From Thermodesulfobacteriota bacterium (lineage in GTDB: Bacteria; Desulfobacterota; Desulfobulbia; Desulfobulbales; SURF-16), in assembly GCA_040755455.1 (NCBI GenBank), contig JBFMAY010000034.1:1-46079 (forward strand): DNA of 46,079 bases, given 5' to 3'. The position numbers and the translations under genes are program-made. Of this stretch, positions 27,419-37,139 are shown in pieces. The notes beneath the pieces are model-generated. The model was not told the DNA's origin. It made no database searches and was given only the letters and a program-made list of their open reading frames with translations. The stretch's first letter is position 1. Each line of letters opens with the position of its first letter.

Positions 27419-27685
27419 ATGAAACTTTTTGTCGGCAACCTGCCTTATAACATGAACGATGCTGAGCTGAATACTCTCATGGCTCCCTTTGGAACCGTGG
27501 TCAGCGCTAAAGTCATTACTGACCATTTTTCCGGCCAGACGAAAGGCTTTGGCTTTGTCGAGATGTCCAGCCGTCCTGAAGGTCATAAGGCGATGGAAGG
27601 GCTCAACGGTACAGAGATCAGTCATCGTAAATTGATCTGCAACGAAGCCAAGCCGCAAAAGAAAAAAGGTGCTCGACGCCGTTAA
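27419..27685 (+). CDS. RRM (RNP) RNA-binding protein
   Basis: RNP2 LFVGNL and RNP1 KGFGFVEM; basic tail; SD AAGGAG. A perfect TTGACA lies at 27260 upstream, with only a weak -10. Confidence 0.95.
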   Translation: MKLFVGNLPYNMNDAELNTLMAPFGTVVSAKVITDHFSGQTKGFGFVEMSSRPEGHKAMEGLNGTEISHRKLICNEAKPQKKKGARRR

Positions 27686-27955
27686 GTCCTGCCATTATCC
27701 TGGCCCTCTTTATCCCTGTTTATGCCCCGGCAGTTCCCCTGCTTTTTCATAATCTGCATGGTATGTGAGAGGATTTTTCTGCAGTTCATCCACCCTTGGC
27801 AAGGGGGCGGCAGTTATTGTTGCGCCGTTTTTCCCTGCCCATAAAAAAATAAACCAAATAAACAAGTTATCGCAGCCCTTGCCGTGGTTCACTGTACACA
27901 GGATTGAACCCGTGGCGGCGCTGGAAAATTATCACCAGATACAAAGGAGTTTCAA

Positions 27956-29236
27956 TTGAGTTTTACATCATTTCAATTTCATGAAAAAATAGCCGCAGCC
28001 ATTAAAGACAGCGGCTATGCAGCACCAACCCCCATTCAACAGAAGGCGATTCCGCCGGTTCTTGCCGGTCGCGATCTGCTTGGGCTCGCCCAGACAGGGA
28101 CTGGAAAAACAGCGGCATTTGTGCTGCCCATTCTGCAACGTCTCATGACCGGCCCCCGCAAAAAGGTGCGGGCCCTGATTGTTGCCCCGACCCGGGAGCT
28201 TGCCGAGCAGACCCACGAATATATCGGCAAGATGGCCAGGCGGACCGGCCTTGCCAGCGCCGTTGTTTATGGCGGGGTCGGCAAGCAGGGCCAGCTCCAG
28301 CAAATCCGCAATGGGGCTGAAATCATTGTCGCCTGCCCCGGCCGGCTGCTCGATCATCTGGATGATGGAGCGTTTAACCTGGCCAAGCTGGAGATGCTGG
28401 TTCTCGATGAGGCGGATCACATGTTTGACAAGGGTTTTCTGCCTGCCATCCGCCGGATATTGAAGTATGTCCCGAAGCAGCGGCAGACCCTCATTTTTTC
28501 CGCCACCATGCCTGATGAAATCCGTCATCTGGCGGAAAATATCCTGCATGCGCCGGAAACCGTGCAGGTCGATCATGACCTGCCGGCGCCAACCATTTCC
28601 CATATGCTTTTCCAGGTCGAGCAGCAGGGCAAGACCGCCCTGCTGAAACAGATCATCGAGCAAACAGAGATGGTTTCCGCCCTGATTTTCACCCGGACGA
28701 AACACAAGGCAAAGAATCTTGCCCTGCAATTGGAGAAGTTCGGTTACAGCGTCACCTCGCTGCAGGGCAACCTTTCCCAGCAGAAACGGCAGCAGGCCCT
28801 GGATGGCTTTAAGAGCGGAAAATTCAAAATTATGGTGGCCACCGACATCGCAGCCCGCGGCATTGATGTGTCAAGGATTTCCCATGTGGTTAACTATGAT
28901 ATGCCTGATACCGCGGAGACCTATACCCACCGCACCGGCCGCACCGGCCGGGCGTGCCGCACCGGCGAAGCCTTCACCTTTGCCGGCCGCGAAGATATGA
29001 AGATGATTCAGATGATTGAGCGCAATTTGGGAAAGAGAATGGCCCGGCCCGCAGCATCATCCGCCATGCATGGCGAGACATTGGCAGACAATAGCGAAAT
29101 GAGGGAAGAACGCTCGGCGCAGGTGAGAAGAAGGAGCAATCATGTCCCGGCGGCAGGCGAGGGCAACCAGCAGCGGCGCAGAGCTGTGCGGTTTGACTTT
29201 GATGTCCGCAGCCTTTCTTCCGGGACGCGGCGGTAA
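27956..29236 (+). CDS. DEAD-box RNA helicase (RhlE-like)
   Basis: Q motif, AQTGTGKT, PTRELA, DEAD, SAT, ARGID, HRTGRTGR; TTG start after AAGGAG. Confidence 0.93.
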   Translation: MSFTSFQFHEKIAAAIKDSGYAAPTPIQQKAIPPVLAGRDLLGLAQTGTGKTAAFVLPILQRLMTGPRKKVRALIVAPTRELAEQTHEYIGKMARRTGLASAVVYGGVGKQGQLQQIRNGAEIIVACPGRLLDHLDDGAFNLAKLEMLVLDEADHMFDKGFLPAIRRILKYVPKQRQTLIFSATMPDEIRHLAENILHAPETVQVDHDLPAPTISHMLFQVEQQGKTALLKQIIEQTEMVSALIFTRTKHKAKNLALQLEKFGYSVTSLQGNLSQQKRQQALDGFKSGKFKIMVATDIAARGIDVSRISHVVNYDMPDTAETYTHRTGRTGRACRTGEAFTFAGREDMKMIQMIERNLGKRMARPAASSAMHGETLADNSEMREERSAQVRRRSNHVPAAGEGNQQRRRAVRFDFDVRSLSSGTRR

Positions 29237-29296
29237 GAGAGACGGACACGGGCGGGTTGATTCGTTCAACCTGTTTCTCTTGCTTTTTGGCAGGGA

Positions 29297-29341
29297 AAAA
29301 TGGGCATTCGCAGCACCGCAGGTGGTGTGAATGCCCATTTT
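29297..29341. terminator. Bidirectional intrinsic terminator between convergent genes
   Basis: Inverted repeat AAAATGGGCATTCGCA...TGTGAATGCCCATTTT between the helicase stop and the kinase stop. Confidence 0.7.
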
Positions 29342-29350
29342 GCGTTTCCG

Positions 29351-32300
29351 TCACCCTGCCCCTTCCTCCGGCCCTCCGGCCAGGCAACCTTCATCAAGGA
29401 GGCGGCGCACGGCGACGGCCAGCTCATTTTTCATCACCGGTTTGGTCATATATTCACGGATTCCCATCTGTTTCGCCTTTTCGGCTGAAACGGTCTGACT
29501 GAAGCCGGTACATAGGATGATGGGCAGGCCGGGCCTGATAGCCAGTATTTTGCTGGCCAGCTCGGCGCCCGTCATTTTCGGCATGGTCTGATCGGTGATG
29601 ACCAGGGCGAATTTTTCCGGCTGGGCGCGAAAGATTGTCAGGGCCTCCTCGCTGTCGGTCCGGGTTGTTATCTGGTAACCGAGATTGGTGAGCATCCTTT
29701 TCAGCACTATGGTGATCGTTTTGTCGTCATCGACCAGCAGGATGTGTTCCTGCCGGCCCTGGGGGAGAGCATCATTGTCAGTGACCGATTCCGCCCGGTT
29801 GGGGTCCTTGCCGGCGAGCGGCAGATAGATGGTGAACGAAGAGCCACGGCCTGCTTCGCTGCAAACCTTGACGGCGCCCCCCAGTGAGGTGACGATGCCG
29901 TGCACCACCGCAAGTCCCATGCCTGTGCCTTCCGCTTTGCCCTTGGTGGTGAAAAACGGTTCAAAGATGTGCTCCATGACCTCCGGCGTCATCCCTTCGC
30001 CCGTATCGCTTATCGTCAGCAGGAGATGGGGACCGGTCCGGAGATTGTTGTTGCCTGCAAACTCCCCATTAACGTTCGCAATGCGCTGACTGACCTCCAG
30101 CACCCCGCCTTTTCTCATCATGGCATGGCCGGCATTGGTGCACAGGTTCATTAACAGCTGGTGGATTTCGGTGGGGTCGGCGACAATCGTCGCTTCGGGG
30201 TCCTGCAAATCCTGCCGGATTTCGATGGTGGTGGGCATGGTTGAGCGCAACAGTTTGAGGACCTCCTTGATGATGGAGATGGGGCGCAGCGCCATTCTTT
30301 CCTGTTTCGCCTTGCGGGCAAAGGAGAGAATCTGCTTGACCAGATCCCTGGCTCGGATGCCGGCGGTTTTGATCTCCTTCAGTTCCTCAGTCGGGTAATG
30401 ATTGCGGGTAATCTCGATTTCGGCGATATCGGCATTGCCCAGAATGGCAAAAAGGATGTTGTTGAAGTCATGGGCAATACCGCCGGCCAGGGTGCCGATG
30501 GCCTCAAGCTTCTGGGCCTGCAGGAGCTGGGCTTTCAGTTTTTCCTTTTCTTCCTCCGTCTTTTTTCTTTCGGTAATGTCGCGGCTGATGCCGATGAGCC
30601 CCAGCACCGTGCCGTCAGCGGTACGGTAAGGGGTTTTCAGGGTATCCAGTAGCACGTGCCGACCGTCCGGGTAGTCGACCCACTCCTCGTTTCGTTTCGT
30701 TTGTCCGCTGGACAGCATCTGCCGGTCTTTTTCCCGGAAGAATGTGGCGAGCTTGTGGGAAAAGAGGTTGTAATCCGTTTTGCCGATGATATCCGCCACA
30801 TCTCGGCCGGCAAATTCGGCAAAGGCCTTGTTGCAGCCCAAATATGTGCTGTCATGATCCTTGAAGAAAATGAGGTCTGGCACGGAATCGATCAAACTGC
30901 GCAGCAGGGCGTGGGCCTTTTCCAGCTCCATTTCCGCCTCTTTGCGTTCCGTGATGTTGATGGCGGTGGCGAGGACGCCGATGGTCCGGCCCCCGCTGTC
31001 AACCATACGGTCGGCATTCCACAGCAGGGTCAGCCGCGTGCCATGGCAGCCGAAAACATCATTTTCAAAGTCTCTGGCTGGTATGCCGCTCATGACCTTG
31101 ATTATTTCCTGCCCGACAGCGGGCCTCAGCTCTGGGGGAATAAACAGTTCAAGATAATTTTCGCCCAGTACCTCATCCCTTGTTTTGCCGAAGAGTTTTT
31201 CCGCGGCAGGATTGAATTCCAGAATGGTAAAATCCGGTGACAGCATGAGAATAACGCTTGCCGCCGTATCAATAATGGCGCGCGACCGTTCCCTGCTCTC
31301 GCGCAGGGCCGCAATCGCCTGATATTTTTCCGTGATGTCATTGCCGGAGCAGAGCATGCCGGTGGCCGCGCCTGTGCCGTTAAGCAGGATAGTGCAGCGC
31401 CAGGCAATAATCCGCTGTTCACCGCTTTTGCTGATGATGGTGTTTTCCAGATAATCGGGGAATTGCTCCTCACCTGCCATGGCGGCGGCATAGAGGGTCA
31501 GCAGCTGCTGACCCTGCCCGTCTTTCAAGACGAACTCAGACCAGTGTCTACCCAGCAGCACCTGTTCATCGTAACCGAGCATTTCGATGCCTTTTTTATT
31601 GATGAGCAGGATGTTGCCGGCGGTGTCCAGATGAACCAGCATGACGTTGGCGGTGTCCAGATAGCGTTGGGCCTTGTCTCTTGCCCGGCGCAGGAATTCC
31701 TCGCCGGTCTTGCGTTCGATTCCCAGGGCGATGATGTCTGCTATGGCTGCCAGCGATTTGATGGTTAGATCTGTCAGAGTGCGCCGGGAAAACATGGCCA
31801 TGACGCCGATCACCCGGTCTTCGATGAGCAGAGGATGGCCGGCAAAGGCCACCAGTCCCTGTTGTGCGGCCCAGGCCTGGTCAGTAACCTGGGGGTCGCC
31901 GATCAACTCATTGGTGAGATGGGCGGACCTCTGCAGGGCGATAAAGCCGATCTTGTTATGCTCGTTAAGCGGCAGCCGGCTGTGCTCGCCGTCCAGATGG
32001 GTGTACAGTCCGGCGCTGGCCCGCAGCTCCAGGATGTTTTTTTCGTCATTGAGGGTCCAGATCCGGGCGAAGGCGGCGTCAAGAAAGCGGACCATGGCCT
32101 CGCTGCATTGCTGTAAAATGTCCTGCAGGGTTTTTCCCTTGGTGAGAATGACCCCGATTTCGGAACTCAAGGACAGCAGCCGGACCTGTTCGGCCAGGGT
32201 ATTTTCGGCCTGTTGGCGTTTTTTGATCTGCTGGCCCAGTTCGATGATTTTTTCTTCCAGTTCCGTGGCATGCCGGCTGACCAGCATTTCCCGTTCCTTA

Positions 32301-34288
32301 TAAAAATCAATGCGCTGCCGCAGTTCCGCCGGTGAAAGTTGCAGCTCGGCCAGGATTTCACCATAGGACTTCTGCAGCTGGACGGTTTCATCGGCATCGA
32401 AAATTTTCTGCAGCTGGAAGGCCTTGTGGGAGGTGGCGCTGCCGATGGAGCCGGCGAGGCTCTTTTCCAGCTCATTGCAGATGTCGGCCAGGTCAATGAC
32501 GGAAATGCGCTCTTTGCCCATCAACCCTGTTCTGGCCAGGCAGTTGTCAATGAGCTGTCCGGTTTTTTCCGGGGCGAAATAATCATTTAACAGATTTTCC
32601 AGCCGTATTTTTTTGGCCGGCAGATGAACCGTCTTGGCCGGGGCTGCAGCAAGGACTGCGGCAGGAAGGGAAGGGGTGAAGATATCGATGAATTGCGCCG
32701 ACAGTTCCTTTTCCTGTTCGCCCGCCTCATGGAGGAATGAGCCGAGAACATAGCCGCCGATGTTAAAGAGCATGGTCCACACCACTGAGTGGCTGATGGG
32801 TTCCAGAGCCGTGATGCCGAACAGCTGGACGGGATTGAGAAAGCCTATGCCGCCAGGGCCTTGCAGCAGAATGTTGAGCGGCAGGATGTTGCTTTTGGCA
32901 AGCAGAGGAATAATGAGGGTATAAAACCAGACCAGGCAACCGGCGCAGAGTCCCAGCAGTGCGCCGATATGGTTGCCGCGCCGCCAGTAGATTCCGCCCA
33001 TCATGACCGGGGTAAACTGCAGCACGGCGACAAAGGAGATGATCCCCATATCGACCAGGGAGTAATGCTCGCCGGCAATAACCTCCAGCCAGTAGCCGGC
33101 CGTGATGATCAGGACCACGGTGGCCCATCTCACCCTGAGCAGATGACGGCGCAGAAAGGCCAGCCCAGGGAACCAGACGAGCAGCGGGAGCAGAAGATGG
33201 TTGCTTATCATGGTGGCCAGGGTCATCGAGCTGATCATGATCATGCTGGCCGCGGCGGACAAACCGCCGATGAAAACCAGCAGGGCGAGCCAGTGCCTGT
33301 TGTAGTGCAGGGGAATGTCGAGGACAAAGGTGTCGGCCTGGGCAAGGGGCAGGCCGATGAGCAGGCCACCGCAGGCAATGGGAAAGACAAAGAGATTGAT
33401 CAGGATGAGATACAGCGGGAAAAGCCACATGGCCGTGCGGATATGGTTCTCGTTTGAGTTCTCCACCACGGCGACATGGAACTGGCGGGGCAGAAACATG
33501 AAGGCGGACATGGCGAGGAACAGATAGCTGCACACCGAGACAAAAGGAATGGGGGCAGAGGGACCCAGGAAGGATTGTTCCGGCACCGGGGCGCTTGCCA
33601 GGCGCCCGAAGATATCGCTGAAGCCGTTGAAAACCCCAAAGGTGACAAACAGCCCGGCCGCCACCATGGCCACCAGCTTTACCAGGGATTCGGCGGCAAT
33701 TGCCGCCACCATTCCCTGATGCCGTTCGGTGGAGTCCAGCCGGCGCACCCCGAAAACGATGGTGAAAAAAATCATGAGGCAGACGATGATCACCCCCATA
33801 TTTTTGCCAAGCAGGGTTGCGGGTGCAGTGGCGTCATGGGTGGTGATGCGGGCAAAGGTGGTGATAACGGCCTTTAACTGCAGAGCAATATAGGGCAGGG
33901 CGCCGATCAGGGCGACCAGACTGGCGATGGCCGCCACTGACTCGGATTTGCCATAGCGGGCGCCGAGGAAATCGGCGATGCTGGTGATCCGGTAGGCATC
34001 CTTGAGCCGCACCAGTTTGCGGAGAACCTGCCACCAGAAAATAAGGGCCATGGTCGGCCCGAGCGAGATGGTGAGGAAGAGCATGCCCGAGGTGGTGGCC
34101 ATCCCGACGCTGCCGTAATAAGTCCAGGTGGTGTTATACACGGCCAGCGACAGGGCATAGACCACGGGGTTGTTGGCGAGGTTTACCCCGGCGCTTGCCT
34201 TTTTCTCCACCCAGAGCGCGAGCAGGAACAGCAGCCCGATGTAGAGCAGGATGGTAAAAAGCAGGTTCGCCGGATTGAGTAAGGTCAT
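29351..34288 (-). CDS. SLC5/PutP-symporter-fused hybrid histidine kinase (CbrA/CrbS-like: SLC5-STAC-GAF-3xPAS-HisKA-HATPase-REC)
   Basis: N-terminal multi-TM domain with YALSLAVYNTTWTYYGSVG, ITSIADFLGARYGKS, PYIALQLK and LPRQFHV; STAC-like LAGSIGSATS; GAF; three PAS/PAC repeats ending DITE/NITE; H-box [11 protein letters not shown]-terminal REC. Confidence 0.9.
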   Translation of the reverse strand: MTLLNPANLLFTILLYIGLLFLLALWVEKKASAGVNLANNPVVYALSLAVYNTTWTYYGSVGMATTSGMLFLTISLGPTMALIFWWQVLRKLVRLKDAYRITSIADFLGARYGKSESVAAIASLVALIGALPYIALQLKAVITTFARITTHDATAPATLLGKNMGVIIVCLMIFFTIVFGVRRLDSTERHQGMVAAIAAESLVKLVAMVAAGLFVTFGVFNGFSDIFGRLASAPVPEQSFLGPSAPIPFVSVCSYLFLAMSAFMFLPRQFHVAVVENSNENHIRTAMWLFPLYLILINLFVFPIACGGLLIGLPLAQADTFVLDIPLHYNRHWLALLVFIGGLSAAASMIMISSMTLATMISNHLLLPLLVWFPGLAFLRRHLLRVRWATVVLIITAGYWLEVIAGEHYSLVDMGIISFVAVLQFTPVMMGGIYWRRGNHIGALLGLCAGCLVWFYTLIIPLLAKSNILPLNILLQGPGGIGFLNPVQLFGITALEPISHSVVWTMLFNIGGYVLGSFLHEAGEQEKELSAQFIDIFTPSLPAAVLAAAPAKTVHLPAKKIRLENLLNDYFAPEKTGQLIDNCLARTGLMGKERISVIDLADICNELEKSLAGSIGSATSHKAFQLQKIFDADETVQLQKSYGEILAELQLSPAELRQRIDFYKEREMLVSRHATELEEKIIELGQQIKKRQQAENTLAEQVRLLSLSSEIGVILTKGKTLQDILQQCSEAMVRFLDAAFARIWTLNDEKNILELRASAGLYTHLDGEHSRLPLNEHNKIGFIALQRSAHLTNELIGDPQVTDQAWAAQQGLVAFAGHPLLIEDRVIGVMAMFSRRTLTDLTIKSLAAIADIIALGIERKTGEEFLRRARDKAQRYLDTANVMLVHLDTAGNILLINKKGIEMLGYDEQVLLGRHWSEFVLKDGQGQQLLTLYAAAMAGEEQFPDYLENTIISKSGEQRIIAWRCTILLNGTGAATGMLCSGNDITEKYQAIAALRESRERSRAIIDTAASVILMLSPDFTILEFNPAAEKLFGKTRDEVLGENYLELFIPPELRPAVGQEIIKVMSGIPARDFENDVFGCHGTRLTLLWNADRMVDSGGRTIGVLATAINITERKEAEMELEKAHALLRSLIDSVPDLIFFKDHDSTYLGCNKAFAEFAGRDVADIIGKTDYNLFSHKLATFFREKDRQMLSSGQTKRNEEWVDYPDGRHVLLDTLKTPYRTADGTVLGLIGISRDITERKKTEEEKEKLKAQLLQAQKLEAIGTLAGGIAHDFNNILFAILGNADIAEIEITRNHYPTEELKEIKTAGIRARDLVKQILSFARKAKQERMALRPISIIKEVLKLLRSTMPTTIEIRQDLQDPEATIVADPTEIHQLLMNLCTNAGHAMMRKGGVLEVSQRIANVNGEFAGNNNLRTGPHLLLTISDTGEGMTPEVMEHIFEPFFTTKGKAEGTGMGLAVVHGIVTSLGGAVKVCSEAGRGSSFTIYLPLAGKDPNRAESVTDNDALPQGRQEHILLVDDDKTITIVLKRMLTNLGYQITTRTDSEEALTIFRAQPEKFALVITDQTMPKMTGAELASKILAIRPGLPIILCTGFSQTVSAEKAKQMGIREYMTKPVMKNELAVAVRRLLDEGCLAGGPEEGAG

Positions 34289-34296
34289 GGGTTCAT

Positions 34297-34530
34297 TTAT
34301 CCGGGTTCATCTTCACTTTTATCGGGTGTTGCTGCAACTTCCCGGCTCATGAGCAGGAGGAGCAGGATGATGCCGCCCCAGGCCAGAAACAGGTAGAGAA
34401 AAACAGCCCCCGCGTCACCCTTATCTGGAGTCCTTTGAAAGGGGACAACAAAGAGAAAGAGGCTGAAGAAAAAAAGCAAAAAAGGAAATTCCGGCTGCCG
34501 AAAGATGGACCGCGATTTTTTTATGAGCAT
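34297..34530 (-). CDS. Small two-TM membrane protein upstream of the SLC5 kinase
   Basis: SD AAGGAG; two hydrophobic segments; stop codon 8 bp before the kinase ATG. Confidence 0.65.
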   Translation of the reverse strand: MLIKKSRSIFRQPEFPFLLFFFSLFLFVVPFQRTPDKGDAGAVFLYLFLAWGGIILLLLLMSREVAATPDKSEDEPG

Positions 34531-34592
34531 TTCCTTCTCCTTGCAGGCGAGAGGCGGTCCGCGCTGCCCGTCTCCGCCCCTGCGGCGATGGT

Positions 34593-35435
34593 TTATTTCC
34601 TTACCCGGTAATAAATGCCCTTATTGTGCTCCAGCATGTCATATTGGTTGCTGTAGAGGCTGATGGATTCAGAGGAACCGAGAAAGAGTATGCCGCCTTT
34701 GGTGAGAATTCCGGCATACTTGGCAAAGAGTTCTTTTTTGAACTTTTCGGAAAAATAGATGGCCACATTGCGGCAGAAAATGATGTCAAAGGCGCCGAGT
34801 TTGGCAAACGAGTCCTGCAGGTTGAATTTTTCAAATTTGACCAGTTCCTTCACCTCAGGGGCAATGTGCCACAGCCGGCCCTCATCGGTAAAATAGCGGG
34901 TGCGGTACTCCGGCGACAGACCCCGGCCCACGGCGATTTTGTCATAGCAGCCGCTTTTGGCCTGGCTCAGGGCTGAATCAGAGATGTCGGAGGCCATGAT
35001 TTCGATCATCCAGCGCTTCAGTTGGTTGTTGGTCCGTATGGCCTCGAGAAAGAGGATGGCCAGCGAATAGGGCTCCTGCCCGGTGGAACAGGCCGACGAC
35101 CAGATCCGGATGGTTCTTCTTCTGCCGGCGGCGATCTCCTGGCAGTATGCCGGCAGCAGTACCTCCCTGAAGATGGTGAATGGGTGCATATCGCGGAACC
35201 ACAGGGTTTCATTGGTGGTCATCTGATCGATGATCCGGTCCCGCAGGACGGGGGGACAGCTGTTTTTGAATTTCTGATAGAATTCACCGAAGGAGCAACA
35301 TCTGTTTTCGGCCACCAGGCCGCCCAGGCGGTTCTCGATGAGATAGGCTTTCTTGTCGTCAACGCTGATGCCGCTGATCTCCTCCACCCACCTGCGGATC
35401 AGGGCAAATTCTTCAGCCTGCAGTTTAATATCCAT
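34593..35435 (-). CDS. cheR: Chemotaxis methyltransferase
   Basis: TTNETLWFRD, IWSSACSTGQEPYS, ASDIS, FDIIFCRNVAIYF, LFLGSSE. Confidence 0.95.
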   Translation of the reverse strand: MDIKLQAEEFALIRRWVEEISGISVDDKKAYLIENRLGGLVAENRCCSFGEFYQKFKNSCPPVLRDRIIDQMTTNETLWFRDMHPFTIFREVLLPAYCQEIAAGRRRTIRIWSSACSTGQEPYSLAILFLEAIRTNNQLKRWMIEIMASDISDSALSQAKSGCYDKIAVGRGLSPEYRTRYFTDEGRLWHIAPEVKELVKFEKFNLQDSFAKLGAFDIIFCRNVAIYFSEKFKKELFAKYAGILTKGGILFLGSSESISLYSNQYDMLEHNKGIYYRVRK

Positions 35436-35449
35436 TGAGACGTGCCCGC

Positions 35450-36019
35450 TTAGAGTTTGAAAGGAGTGAGCTTGGCCATGACAGTTTCGATCGCCGGGGC
35501 ATCGGCCTTGCCGTCGAGCTGTTTCAGGATAAGAATCGAGTCATTGATGGCGGCCTGCATCTGCTGCAGCCGTCTTTCCAATGCGTGGGTTTCCCGTCCC
35601 GCCTGCTCCTCCACCGTTTCCTTGACCTGCCGGTACTCCTCAACCTCCTGCAGCCTGAGCTGATAGTCGCGGATCTTATTAATTTTCTCAATTAATAACA
35701 TGATGTTGATCGGCTTCTCGATGAAGTCTCTGGCGCCCAGCCGCATGGCCTCCACTGCCGTATCGATTGAACCGAAGCCGGTGACGATGATGACCTCGGT
35801 GGTCAAGTCGACTTTTTTCACGAAACGGAGCACATCGATTCCTGACAGCTCACGCATCTGCAGATCGGAGATGATGACGTCAAAATGCTCTTTTTCAACA
35901 ACGGCTATTGCCTCCTCCCCGGAGTTGACCACCGTGATCGCGTCATCCGGCAGGACTTTGCGCAGACCCTGGTACACGGTGCGGGCATTGGCATCATCAT
36001 CGACGCAGAGAACCTTCAT
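35450..36019 (-). CDS. Response regulator (REC + coiled-coil tail, no recognisable DNA-binding domain)
   Basis: VLCVDDD, ISDLQM, VTGFG, DFIEKP, then a helical C-terminus. Confidence 0.85.
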   Translation of the reverse strand: MKVLCVDDDANARTVYQGLRKVLPDDAITVVNSGEEAIAVVEKEHFDVIISDLQMRELSGIDVLRFVKKVDLTTEVIIVTGFGSIDTAVEAMRLGARDFIEKPINIMLLIEKINKIRDYQLRLQEVEEYRQVKETVEEQAGRETHALERRLQQMQAAINDSILILKQLDGKADAPAIETVMAKLTPFKL

Positions 36020-36021
36020 AG

Positions 36022-37113
36022 TTAATTCCTCCTGATTTGGACAATTTCACAGATCCGCGCCGCCATGTGATCAAGATCGACGGATTCATCGGACAGGCCC
36101 GCATCGTCAACGGCCTTGGGCATGCCGTAGACGACACAGCTCGCCTCCGACTGGGAAAGTGAATAACAGTTTTTTTCTTTGAGTTTGGCCATGCCGCGCA
36201 TGCCGTCATTGCCCATGCCGGTCATCATCACCGCCAGCACGGTGCCCGCCGGGTAACAGTCGGCCAGGGAGCGGAAGAGGAAATCCACCGAAGGCCGGCA
36301 GCTGTTTTCCTTGGGGCCGTCATCAAGTCCGATCAGCACCTGCTTCCCCTCTCTTCTGACCAGCATGTGCCGTCCGCCCGGCGCCAGCAGAATCGCCCCC
36401 GCAACAACCGGATCCCCCTCTTCAGCCTCCTTGACCCGCAGCCGGGATTTGCGGTCAAGATCCCTGGCCAGGGTGGCGGTGAATTCCACCGGCATGTGCA
36501 GGACGATGAGGACCGGCAGGGGGAAGTTGCCGGGAAAGGAAGGAATGAGTTGCATGAGGGCATTGGGCCCGCCGGTGGAGATGCCGATGGCGACCACTTC
36601 GAAGGAACCGGGCGGCAAGGCCGGGCCTGTTTTTTGTGCCGCAAGGCCTGGAACCGGCTGTTTCCCCGGCGTCTGCCTCACGCGGGGGGCGGTGTTCTGC
36701 TGCAGCTTGGTCAGGCTTCTGGTCTTCAGCATGCGAAACAGCGGCACGAGATCGTTGTGCATCTGCTGCAGGGCCTGCTCACCTTCCGGTTTGTCCGGTT
36801 TCTCGACAAAGGCCATGGCCCCCCTTTCCATGGCTCTGATGGTAGCAATGCTGTCCTGGCTTGACGAACTGCCGGCGATGATGACCGCAACATGGGCGAA
36901 ATCACGCTGGATATGGTCGAGAAAGTCGAGACAGCCGCCATCGCCTGCCTCACTGCCGAGCAGGACCACGTCAAACGGCACCTGGCCAAGTTTACGCAGG
37001 GCCAGGGAGGCGGAAGGCGTCGTTCCGGAAACCTCCACGCCGGGGATGGCGGACAGCGCCTCGGCGATGAGTTTCCGGTAGCCGACCGCCTTGTCGACAA
37101 TGAGTACTTTCAT
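36022..37113 (-). CDS. cheB: Chemotaxis methylesterase with a degenerate receiver domain
   Basis: Esterase triad motifs GISTGG, LHMP and TGMGNDG are intact. The REC reads IVDK and VVLLG where DD and the phospho-Asp are expected. Confidence 0.92.
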   Translation of the reverse strand: MKVLIVDKAVGYRKLIAEALSAIPGVEVSGTTPSASLALRKLGQVPFDVVLLGSEAGDGGCLDFLDHIQRDFAHVAVIIAGSSSSQDSIATIRAMERGAMAFVEKPDKPEGEQALQQMHNDLVPLFRMLKTRSLTKLQQNTAPRVRQTPGKQPVPGLAAQKTGPALPPGSFEVVAIGISTGGPNALMQLIPSFPGNFPLPVLIVLHMPVEFTATLARDLDRKSRLRVKEAEEGDPVVAGAILLAPGGRHMLVRREGKQVLIGLDDGPKENSCRPSVDFLFRSLADCYPAGTVLAVMMTGMGNDGMRGMAKLKEKNCYSLSQSEASCVVYGMPKAVDDAGLSDESVDLDHMAARICEIVQIRRN

Positions 37114-37139
37114 CTATAACCTGGTCCGGTCTGCCGTTA

